14,429 nt of DNA from Actinomycetota bacterium (lineage in GTDB: Bacteria; Pseudomonadota; Gammaproteobacteria; Burkholderiales; Rhodocyclaceae), in assembly GCA_050259815.1 (NCBI GenBank), contig JBLNBI010000222.1, positions 1 to 14,429 of the forward strand. Direction: 5' to 3'. A program made the position numbers and the translations under genes. Below the pieces are notes generated by a model. It made no database searches and had not been told where the DNA came from. It saw only the letters and a program-made list of their open reading frames with translations. Positions 6,786 to 14,429 of the stretch are shown here, one piece after another. Within the stretch, counting starts at the first letter, position 1. Every line of letters starts with the position of its first letter.

Positions 6786-7379
6786 ATGAACTACCTGGCT
6801 CATGGCTTTCTTGCCGGTTCCGTTCCTGCGTTGGTTGTCGGTGGGGTTGCCGGCGACTGGGTCAAAGGACCGCTGCCCGGCCTCCTGCCGCCGGATTTGG
6901 CGCAGGGCGTGGCGCTGCACCGGGCCATCGACGCCTTCGCGGAAACCCATCCCGCCTTTTGCCGTAGCCGGGCGAGGATGTCGGCCGGGCGCCGTCGTTA
7001 TGCGGGGGTTCTGGTTGATATCTTCTACGATCATCTGCTGGCCCGTGACTGGTCAGAATTCAGCGATGAAGGGCTCAATGCCTACTGTTCAGGGGTGTAT
7101 CGGCAGATCGGGCTTCGCCTGCATGAGTTGCCCGAGTCGTCTCAAGGCGCGTTAGCGCTGATGGCCCGCGAAGACTGGCTACAGAGCTATCGTGACCTGA
7201 CCGGCATTGCCGATGTTCTGGACCGCATGTCGCAGCGGGCAAGACAGCCCAATCCGCTGGCCGGCGGCGAGCAGGAGTTCATGGCCGATCCTTTGGGTTT
7301 CTCCGATGATTTTCGCTGCTGGCTCGAGGATGCCAAGCGCTTCACCGAAGGCTGGCGGGCCAACGTTTTCGGATTGTGA
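6786..7379 (+). CDS. acpH: Acyl carrier protein phosphodiesterase (AcpH family)
   Basis: MNYLAHGFLA... N-terminus. Also HRAIDAF, DIFYDHLLARDWSEF and WLQSYRDL blocks that match the E. coli AcpH pattern (MNFLAHLHLA...HRRID...DVMWDHFLSRHWSQL...WLVRYRDM). Confidence 0.75.
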   Translation: MNYLAHGFLAGSVPALVVGGVAGDWVKGPLPGLLPPDLAQGVALHRAIDAFAETHPAFCRSRARMSAGRRRYAGVLVDIFYDHLLARDWSEFSDEGLNAYCSGVYRQIGLRLHELPESSQGALALMAREDWLQSYRDLTGIADVLDRMSQRARQPNPLAGGEQEFMADPLGFSDDFRCWLEDAKRFTEGWRANVFGL

Positions 7380-7470
7380 CGGCGGTACGAGCACAGGGCT
7401 CGCATCACTTAAGCTAATCAATACCGAATCGGCCGCTCAATGCTACGAGTAGCCGCTGAAGAGCCGCTTA

Positions 7471-7497
7471 CCGACGTATTGCCGACGTATTGCCGAC
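7471..7497. repeat. Tandem 11-bp repeat CCGACGTATTG x2.5
   Basis: ccgacgtattg ccgacgtattg ccgac in the convergent acpH/rtcA intergenic region. An adjacent direct repeat AGCCGCT-gaag-AGCCGCT lies at 7451-7468. Confidence 0.8.
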
Positions 7498-7620
7498 TGA
7501 ATTGACCTGCAGACCGGATGGCCGTAAAGGCCGAGCACCCGACAATCAACCAAAGCATCCCTGCATGCTGCGAAACGGGTGGCGAGGACACAGCGCGGCG
7601 ACCATCTCAAGCCCTTTCCT

Positions 7621-8646
7621 TCAGGCCACCGCAACGCTATACCCCGTATCCCCCTCCTCGCACCGAAACTCCACCGCCAGAAACTTCTCGATCACTTCGA
7701 TATTGGTGTGCAGATGCGAGGACAGCGTCGTCGTCGTGAAACTGCCCTTCCCCGCTAGGGCCAGGGGAAGGAGTAGCTGGTCGGCAAGGTGCTCGCCGAC
7801 CGCGCCAGCCCCATCACGGAATTGGCGCACCCGCTTGGCGACGCCATCGGCGACGCGCTCCGCCGGCAGGCCCCGCTCGCCAAAGCCGGTGAAGACTTCG
7901 GCAAAACCGGGATAGACCAGATCGACCATGAGCGCATTGCCCGGCCCTTCACGGGAGGGCAATTGGCGCAGTTGCCGCTCGACCGGCCCCAACTGGGCGG
8001 CCAGGCGGTCGAGTTCCCGGAGGGCCACGTCGCCCGGCACCCCGGCAACCACAGCCGTCGCCCGGATTTCCTGCAGTTCGCCGCGAGTCTCCAGCGACAG
8101 GGCCGACAGGCTTCCACCGCCACCCGCCAGCGGCCGGATGCTCGCCTTCACCTCGCCGCCCCCGGCCGGATAGAAACCGTGGCGGAGCAGTTCGATGTCC
8201 ATATCGACGCCCATGGCGCGAACCAGCGGCAGCCAGGAGCGGATCAGGAAGTCTGCCGGCGGCGCAGCCGGGTTGTGGGTGCCGCCGCTCACGGTCAGGG
8301 TGGCCGGCCCGTCGGCGAACCACAGCGCCGGCGCGACGGTTTGCAGGACCAGGGTGCAGCTCCCCGCCGTACCGATGGCGAAGCGGTAATCGCCGCCCCG
8401 AATGCGGCCCGGCGCAAAGGAGAGCGTCTGCGAGCCCGGCGCCGCGCCCTCCACCTCGGCCCCGCAAACCTCCGCCGCCGCTTTGACGGCGGTCAGGTGC
8501 TGGCGCAGCAGCCCCGGCTTGGCGCGCCCGGCACGGATCTTCTCGATGCGAAAGGGCGTGCCCGTGATCATCGAGAGGCTCAAGGCCGTGCGCAGGATCT
8601 GGCCCCCGCCCTCTCCCCGGGAGCCGTCCAGTTCTATCGTTTGCAT
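7621..8646 (-). CDS. rtcA: RNA 3'-terminal phosphate cyclase RtcA
   Basis: 341 aa. N-terminus MQTIELDGSRGEGGGQILRTALSLSMITGTPFRIEKIRAGRAKPGL, which includes the GGGQILR pattern of RtcA. AAGGAAA SD. Last gene of the operon. Confidence 0.9.
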   Translation of the reverse strand: MQTIELDGSRGEGGGQILRTALSLSMITGTPFRIEKIRAGRAKPGLLRQHLTAVKAAAEVCGAEVEGAAPGSQTLSFAPGRIRGGDYRFAIGTAGSCTLVLQTVAPALWFADGPATLTVSGGTHNPAAPPADFLIRSWLPLVRAMGVDMDIELLRHGFYPAGGGEVKASIRPLAGGGGSLSALSLETRGELQEIRATAVVAGVPGDVALRELDRLAAQLGPVERQLRQLPSREGPGNALMVDLVYPGFAEVFTGFGERGLPAERVADGVAKRVRQFRDGAGAVGEHLADQLLLPLALAGKGSFTTTTLSSHLHTNIEVIEKFLAVEFRCEEGDTGYSVAVA

Positions 8647-8682
8647 GTTGCTTGTTTCCTTCTTGTTGTTATGTAGCCGAAC

Positions 8683-9507
8683 CTAGTCCGGTGAACGGGA
8701 GAGCACGGTTTCCATCAGGTAGGCGTCCAGCAATGCCGCGTCGCCCTCCGGCTTGCGGAAATCCGGCAGGCGGTCGGCGCAGGCCCGTTCCAGCTCGCCC
8801 GCTATGAAGGCGTGGATGGCCGGCCAGCGGGGACCGCATTCGGCTTCGCCGGCCCGCATCTTCACCGCCAGCAGTCCGTTGATCTCGTCGAGCAAGACAG
8901 GGTCGTCCACCATGGCCGAAGCCAGATCGGCAAAGCGCATGGGCGGCATGCCCAGGCCCCGGTCGATCCACTGCACCGCCAGGAGCGGACGCAGGACGTA
9001 GAGGTACTTCTTGAGGCGCACCGCCTCGCCCAGCAGATGCTCGCGGAAGTTCTTCCGGGCCATGGCGAGGTAGTGGTAGCGCCCCCGCTGCGGCGAAAAG
9101 AAGGCCGGCGCCAGGGAGCGCAGGCGCCCGGCGGCCGCCGGGTCTTCCCGATAGACGAGGGGCGAATCGAGCCATTCCAGCAGGGTCGGGTTGGAGCGGC
9201 GCAGCAGGCGCAGGGCCTTACGCAGCTCCCAGCCGCCGACATCGAGTTCGTCGCTGATGGGCCGTTCGATCACATCCCGCTTCGCTTCTACCCCAAGGTA
9301 CCAGGGCAGGCGATGCACGTAGATGAAGCGCACGTCGTAATCGCTGTCCGGCGACGCGAAGCCCCAGCCCCGGCTGCCGGATTCGCAGGCGAAGAGGACG
9401 CGCACGTCGTGCTCGGCTTCAATCTCCGCCAGGGTTTCCATCACCCGCTGCCGCACCGCCGGTTCGACCGGGTGGGCGCTCAGCACGGCGGGTTTTTCGA
9501 TCTTCAT
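8683..9507 (-). CDS. RtcB-associated predicted nucleotidyltransferase (Pol-beta superfamily, GS...DxD motif)
   Basis: FACESGSRGWGFASPDSDYDVRFIY is a classic GS-x9-DxD minimal nucleotidyltransferase signature. The start codon is 3 nt after the rtcB stop, so it is translationally coupled. Confidence 0.7.
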   Translation of the reverse strand: MKIEKPAVLSAHPVEPAVRQRVMETLAEIEAEHDVRVLFACESGSRGWGFASPDSDYDVRFIYVHRLPWYLGVEAKRDVIERPISDELDVGGWELRKALRLLRRSNPTLLEWLDSPLVYREDPAAAGRLRSLAPAFFSPQRGRYHYLAMARKNFREHLLGEAVRLKKYLYVLRPLLAVQWIDRGLGMPPMRFADLASAMVDDPVLLDEINGLLAVKMRAGEAECGPRWPAIHAFIAGELERACADRLPDFRKPEGDAALLDAYLMETVLSRSPD

Positions 9508-9510
9508 TTC

Positions 9511-10728
<1,218 letters not shown>

Positions 10729-10796
10729 GATTAATCCTCTTTCAATGCCGCCCGCATGTTAGCGAGGCCGGCGTAATTCGTCTTCAATTGTCGTGT

Positions 10797-11939
10797 CTAG
10801 GTCCATGCCTGGATTTTCACCAGACCGCTCAACACCTGGTCCAGGCCACCGAAGACCGAGATACGGTCGATGCGTTCGGCCACCCGCTCCAGGGTTTCCA
10901 GCTCCTTCAGGCGCAGGGCCGTCGGGTTGTCTTCCATCACCTTGGCGGTGTTCAGCAGCGAACGGGTCGCTGCGGTTTCCTCGCGGCGGCGGATGACGTT
11001 GGCTTCGGCCGACTTCTCGGCCTCCACCACCTGGGCCAGGATCGCCTTCATCTCCCCCGGCAGCACGATGTCTTTGACGCCGACGCTGCCCACCTCGATG
11101 CCGAAGCCCTGGAGCTTCTGCTTCACATGGGCGCCCACCACCTCGTCGATGATCTGCTTGTTCTCCAGCAGTTCATCCAGGGCCCGGGTGCCGACGGCGG
11201 CGCGCAGGCCGAATTGCAGCTCCCGGTAGAGATGCTCGGCCGGCTTGGTCAGCTTCTCGTAGGCGAGCAGCACGTCGGTGAAGCGCCAGGTCGCCGCCAG
11301 GTTGAGCCGCAATCCCACCTTGTCCCGGGACAGGATTTCCTGGCCGGTCACCTCCATGGCCTGGAGGCGCATATCCACCAGCTCCACCTGCACGTCGCGG
11401 TTGAAGCGCCAGAAGACTTCGACTCCCGGCTGCATCAAGCGCTCCACCTTGCCATCGACGCGCAGCACGCCCACGTGATAGGCCGGCACCTGGGCGACCA
11501 GGAGCGCACACGCACCGGCGACCGGACGGCCGCGCAGGGCCGGCTGCATGAGGTGGGACGCCACTTCCGGCGCCACGCCGTAGCCGCGGCGCAGATCGAC
11601 GCGCTCCAGCCGGTGCCGGAGCAGCCCCTTCCAGAAGAAGCGCCGGCTGGCCGGGGGCAGGACCTCCACCAGGACATCGTTCTCGTAGCGCAATCCCGCC
11701 TCGTCCTCGCTCAATTCCATGCACTCGAAGCTCGAGGCGGCGGTTTCCGGTTCGTTTTGCAGCAGGTAATCCACGGTGGCGACATCGGTCATCGGCGCAT
11801 CCAGCTTCCAGGTAACCAGGGAAAGCCGCGACATCGAGTCGATGAAATAGTGGCGGCCGGCATTCAGGATGCGCTCGTAATCGCCATCGCGCAGCAATAC
11901 GCCCTTTTCATTCTTTTTCACCACAAAACGCTTCAACAT
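10797..11939 (-). CDS. SPFH/band-7 (slipin/flotillin-like) domain protein with unique ~170-aa N-terminal region; first gene of rtc operon
   Basis: 380 aa from ATG 11937-11939 with a strong SD (TAAGGAGAAG). The C-terminal half carries SPFH hallmarks (…KDIVLPGEMKAILAQVVEAEKSAEANVIRRREETAATRSL…ALRLKELETLERVAE). The ORF-track extension to 12104 runs into the ~80% GC leader and is not credible. Confidence 0.7.
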   Translation of the reverse strand: MLKRFVVKKNEKGVLLRDGDYERILNAGRHYFIDSMSRLSLVTWKLDAPMTDVATVDYLLQNEPETAASSFECMELSEDEAGLRYENDVLVEVLPPASRRFFWKGLLRHRLERVDLRRGYGVAPEVASHLMQPALRGRPVAGACALLVAQVPAYHVGVLRVDGKVERLMQPGVEVFWRFNRDVQVELVDMRLQAMEVTGQEILSRDKVGLRLNLAATWRFTDVLLAYEKLTKPAEHLYRELQFGLRAAVGTRALDELLENKQIIDEVVGAHVKQKLQGFGIEVGSVGVKDIVLPGEMKAILAQVVEAEKSAEANVIRRREETAATRSLLNTAKVMEDNPTALRLKELETLERVAERIDRISVFGGLDQVLSGLVKIQAWT

Positions 11940-11976
11940 TTTTCTTCTCCTTAGTCTTCCCACATTTACATTGTTT

Positions 11977-12187
11977 GCCGGCGGGCGCCGGCCCGGCGGG
12001 CCTCCGGGACGGCGCAGGCGGGGGAGCCGGCCGGCGGGTGCGGCGCCGATCCCCAACACCCCTCCAGCGCCTTGCGCCGGAGCCGGCGGTAGACCGTGCC
12101 CCACCCTGCCGGCCCGCCCTGCCGCTTGCGCGGGCCAGGAACCGGCCGGGCCGGCGGCGGGTGCTTGCGCATTCCGCAGCCGGCGGG
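11977..12187 (-). repeat. GC-rich (~80%) leader segment with >=5 copies of GCCGGCGG(G)
   Basis: Occurrences at 11977, 11992 (variant), 12030, 12072, 12152 and 12179. The segment lies between the tRNA-like elements and the SPFH start, inside the predicted sigma54 transcript. Confidence 0.6.
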
Positions 12188-12217
12188 TACTGCTGTATTC
12201 ACTGTCGTGACAGGACA

Positions 12218-12291
12218 GTTTTGGAGCGGGAATCGAACCCGCGACCGACCGCTGGTTAGGCGGTTGCTCTACCCGACTGAGCTATCCAAAC
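12218..12291 (-). ncRNA. tRNA-like element 1: near-complete cloverleaf (anticodon AAC) with G1:A72 mismatch, C37, no CCA; tRNA mimic or pseudogene
   Basis: The - strand RNA is GUUUGGAUAGCUCAGUCGGGUAGAGCAACCGCCUAACCAGCGGUCGGUCGCGGGUUCGAUUCCCGCUCCAAAAC. It has a canonical D-arm (GCUC-AGUCGGGUA-GAGC with G18G19). It has a canonical T-arm (GCGGG-UUCGAUU-CCCGC). The anticodon stem is ACCGC/GCGGU with loop CUAACCA. The acceptor is 6/7 paired and AU-rich. It is followed by UGU, not CCA. Confidence 0.55.
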
Positions 12292-12342
12292 GGAGCGTGG
12301 AGGGAATCGAACCCTACGGACCCGCCGACCGGGCACGCACTC
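12292..12342 (-). ncRNA. tRNA-like element 2: mini acceptor + D-like hairpin + T-arm, no anticodon arm; abuts element 1
   Basis: The - strand RNA is GAGUGCG-UG-CCCG-GUCGG-CGGG-UCCG-UAGGG-UUCGAUU-CCCUC-CACGCUC-C. The T-loop is UUCGAUU. The acceptor-like stem is GAGUGCG/CACGCUC, 6/7 paired with one U-G. Its 3' discriminator is immediately followed by G1 of element 1. Confidence 0.4.
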
Positions 12343-12464
12343 GACCACAACTTGCTGCGGCGGCATACGCGAAAGCGACAGAAGCGAATCCGGCTTGCGC
12401 GCACCGGCGGGGTCTCACCCCCTGCCCGTGGGCCATTGCAGCGACGTTGCGATCGCCTTATGCA

Positions 12465-12482
12465 TTGCGAGATGCATGCCAG
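12465..12482 (-). promoter_or_regulatory. Sigma54 (-24/-12) promoter for the SPFH-rtcB-NTase-rtcA operon
   Basis: The - strand reads cTGGCATGCATCTCGCAa against consensus TGGCACG-N4-TTGCW. GG and GC are spaced exactly 12 nt apart. The predicted TSS is ~12455, giving a ~515-nt leader. It is divergent from rtcR, as expected for the RtcR-dependent rtcBA promoter. Confidence 0.65.
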
Positions 12483-12573
12483 GTGGGAATCCGCCGGCCA
12501 GCGTCAATGTACCCAATTGATTTGAAACGAATATTCAATTCGCCGCCAATTTCCTCGCCCGAAAGGGAGGCCA

Positions 12574-12602
12574 TTGAATATAGAATTTGCGATAACTATT
12601 TA
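12574..12602 (+). promoter_or_regulatory. Candidate sigma70 promoter of rtcR (TTGAAT-17-TATTTA)
   Basis: -35 at 12574-12579, 17-nt spacer, -10 at 12597-12602. The ATG is at 12619, so the leader would be short with a weak SD. Confidence 0.3.
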
Positions 12603-12618
12603 TCTTTCTGGATAATCC

Positions 12619-14208
12619 ATGAAGCGCAACGTAGTCATTGGCTTCCTCGGCACCCAACTCGATTACGGCGGCAAGGGAGTGGCCCGCTGGGAAAAATGGC
12701 GCCCGACCGTGGCCCTCTGCCAACAGGAAGACCTGGTGGTGCATCGTCTGGAACTGCTCCACGACGCCCGCAGCCGGGGACTGGCGGAGCGCATCGTCAA
12801 CGACATCGCGGCGGTATCCCCGGAAACCGAAGTGCGCCGGGTGGAGCGGGAATTGCGCGACCCCTGGGATTTCGAGGAGGTCTACACCTCCCTGCACGAC
12901 TTCGCCCGCGCCTACCCGTTTGACCCCGAGAACGAGGATTACCTCATCCACATCACCACCGGCACCCATGTGGCGCAAATCTGCTGGTTCCTGCTGGCCG
13001 AGGCCCGCTACCTGCCGGCGCGGCTGGTGCAGACCTCGCCGCCCCGCAAGAAGGAGACGGCCAACAGCATCGGGCGCTACGAGATCATCGACCTGGACCT
13101 GTCCCGCTACAACCAGATTGCCCAGCGCTTCGCCCGGGAGCACGACGACAACGTTTCCTTCCTCAAATCCGGCATCGCCACCCGCAACCCGGCTTTCAAC
13201 CGCATGATCGAGCGCATCGAACAGGTGGCCGGCCGCTCCCGGGCGCCCCTGCTGCTGATCGGGCCGACGGGGGCGGGCAAGTCCTTCCTCGCCCGCCGGG
13301 TGTATGAATTGAAGCGCCAGCGGCAGCGGCTTTCCGGGCGCTTCATCGAGGTCAACTGCGCCACCCTGCGGGGCGATTCCGCCATGTCGACACTCTTCGG
13401 CCACGTCCGCGGCGCCTTCACCGGGGCCCAGACGGAACGGCCGGGCCTGCTGCGTGCCGCCGACGGCGGGCTGCTCTTCCTGGACGAGATCGGCGAACTG
13501 GGCCTGGACGAGCAGGCCATGCTCCTGAAGGCCATCGAGGAAAAGCGCTTCTTCCCCTTCGGCGCCGACCGGGAGGCGGAAAGCGACTTCCAGCTCATCG
13601 CCGGCACCCACCGCGACCTGCACCGCTGGGTGGCCGAGGGACGTTTCCGGGAAGACCTCTACGCCCGCATCAACCTGTGGACCTTCGACCTACCCGGCCT
13701 CGCCGCCCGGCCGGAGGACATCGAGCCCAACCTGGATTTCGAACTGGAACGCTTCGCCCGGGAACAGGGCGAGCAGGTGCGCTTCAATGTCGAAGCCAAA
13801 CGCCGCTACCTGGCCTTCGCCGGCAGCCCGGAGGCCCGCTGGGCGGGCAATTTCCGCGAACTCACCGCCTCCGTCACCCGCATGGCCACCCTGGCCGAAG
13901 CCGGGCGCATCACCGAGGACAACGTGCGGGAGGAAATCGAGCGCCTGCGCGCCACCTGGACGGACGGCAAGCCTCCCGACATCGTCACCGAGGTGCTGGG
14001 CGACAAGGCCGACGAACTGGACCTCTTCGACCGCTGCCAACTCGCCGCCGTCATTGCCGCCTGCCGCACTGCCGACAGCCTCTCCGCCGCCGGCCGGCAG
14101 CTTTTCGCCATCTCCCGGCAGGGGAAGAAGCAGCCCAACGACGCGGATCGGCTACGCAAATACCTAGCGCGGTTTGGGCTGGATTTCGAGAGAGTGGCGG
14201 GGAGGTGA
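12619..14208 (+). CDS. rtcR: Sigma54-dependent transcriptional activator RtcR (CARF domain + AAA+ + HTH)
   Basis: 529 aa. N-terminal CARF-like region (MKRNVVIGFLGTQLDYGGKGVARWEKWRPTVALCQQEDL...). Walker A GPTGAGKS. GAFTGA motif (HVRGAFTGAQ). The overall sequence closely parallels E. coli RtcR. Confidence 0.95.
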   Translation: MKRNVVIGFLGTQLDYGGKGVARWEKWRPTVALCQQEDLVVHRLELLHDARSRGLAERIVNDIAAVSPETEVRRVERELRDPWDFEEVYTSLHDFARAYPFDPENEDYLIHITTGTHVAQICWFLLAEARYLPARLVQTSPPRKKETANSIGRYEIIDLDLSRYNQIAQRFAREHDDNVSFLKSGIATRNPAFNRMIERIEQVAGRSRAPLLLIGPTGAGKSFLARRVYELKRQRQRLSGRFIEVNCATLRGDSAMSTLFGHVRGAFTGAQTERPGLLRAADGGLLFLDEIGELGLDEQAMLLKAIEEKRFFPFGADREAESDFQLIAGTHRDLHRWVAEGRFREDLYARINLWTFDLPGLAARPEDIEPNLDFELERFAREQGEQVRFNVEAKRRYLAFAGSPEARWAGNFRELTASVTRMATLAEAGRITEDNVREEIERLRATWTDGKPPDIVTEVLGDKADELDLFDRCQLAAVIAACRTADSLSAAGRQLFAISRQGKKQPNDADRLRKYLARFGLDFERVAGR

Positions 14209-14242
14209 CGGTGATCACCCCGAAGTGTTATCCCCTGAAGGG

Positions 14243-14271
14243 GCAACAAAAAACCCGCACTAGGGCGGGTT
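14243..14271 (-). terminator. Rho-independent terminator for tRNA-Leu (stem AACCCGC/GCGGGTT, loop, U-tract on - strand)
   Basis: On the - strand: aacccgc-cctagt-gcgggtt followed by TTTTTTGTTG. It lies 30 nt downstream of the tRNA 3' end. It probably also ends rtcR transcription bidirectionally. Confidence 0.65.
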
Positions 14272-14298
14272 TAACTTACTGCTTCGAACTACACCGTG

Positions 14299-14383
14299 GT
14301 GCCCAGGAAGGGACTCGAACCCCCACGCCTTTCGGCGCCAGAACCTAAATCTGGTGCGTCTACCAATTTCGCCACCTGGGCAG
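14299..14383 (-). tRNA. tRNA-Leu (anticodon UAG), 85 nt with long variable arm and encoded CCA
   Basis: The - strand RNA is GCCCAGGUGGCGAAAUUGGUAGACGCACCAGAUUUAGGUUCUGGCGCCGAAAGGCGUGGGGGUUCGAGUCCCUUCCUGGGCACCA. The acceptor GCCCAGG/CCUGGGC is perfect. Anticodon loop UUUAGGU. Discriminator A followed by CCA. Confidence 0.85.
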
Positions 14384-14429
14384 GCGGCGCGCATTCTACC
14401 ACCCTCCGGGCATTCGCCCATATACTTGC

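Noticed and set aside
7471-7497. CRISPR array.
   Set aside because: There are only 2.5 copies of an 11-bp unit with no spacers. No repeat-spacer architecture exists anywhere in the window.
11940-12104. N-terminal extension of the SPFH ORF (ORF track start at 12104), plus the 11966-12202 - and 12096-12923 + ORFs.
   Set aside because: They lie in the ~80% GC repeat leader. A strong SD (TAAGGAGAAG) sits directly before ATG 11939. The extensions encode Gly/Pro/Arg low-complexity sequence. They overlap the tRNA-like elements.
12218-12291. tRNA-like element 1 as a genuine tRNA-Val(AAC) gene.
   Set aside because: It has a G1:A72 mismatch, a weak all-AU acceptor, C at position 37, an A34 anticodon that is rare in bacteria, and no encoded CCA. 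The genuine tRNA-Leu at 14299-14383 shows none of these defects. It is treated as a mimic or pseudogene instead.

Overview
The window is a high-GC (~65-70%) proteobacterial chromosomal segment containing a lower-GC (~50%) insertion. Its main parts, in order:

- **72-2246 (+)**: an intact PAS-GGDEF-EAL c-di-GMP signalling protein.
- **2250-2910 (+)**: a short transcript-like unit with a 12-codon ORF and an intrinsic terminator. It is followed by a 51-aa ORF clearly homologous to the N-terminus of RtcB, translationally coupled to a 64-aa basic protein, and then a second terminator.
- **2995-3297 (+)**: a hypothetical protein with an odd out-of-frame upstream ORF.
- **~3560-6310 (-)**: a lower-GC block of four same-strand genes of unknown function. 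Each is preceded within 5-70 nt by a GTTRRRY core site and followed by an RYYYAAC-type inverse core. These bound imperfect palindromic elements of 57, 93, 90 and 67 bp, i.e. attC-like recombination sites. I read this as an integron gene-cassette array without an integrase in the window (a CALIN). It looks like the most likely undescribed-content region.
- **6786-7379 (+)**: ACP phosphodiesterase AcpH.
- **7621-11939 (-)**: an expanded RNA-repair operon SPFH/band-7 -> rtcB -> Pol-beta-type nucleotidyltransferase -> rtcA. It is driven by a sigma54 -24/-12 promoter at ~12465-12482 and divergent from rtcR (12619-14208; CARF + sigma54 AAA+ + HTH).
- **~12455-11940 (-)**: the ~515-nt sigma54 leader. 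It contains two abutting tRNA-like elements: one near-complete but defective tRNA mimic with anticodon AAC, and one mini acceptor/D/T element. A GCCGGCGGG-repeat, ~80% GC segment follows them. This resembles Y-RNA/YrlA-type tRNA mimicry, but no Ro60 gene is present.
- **14299-14383 (-)**: a genuine tRNA-Leu(UAG) with its own terminator at the window end.
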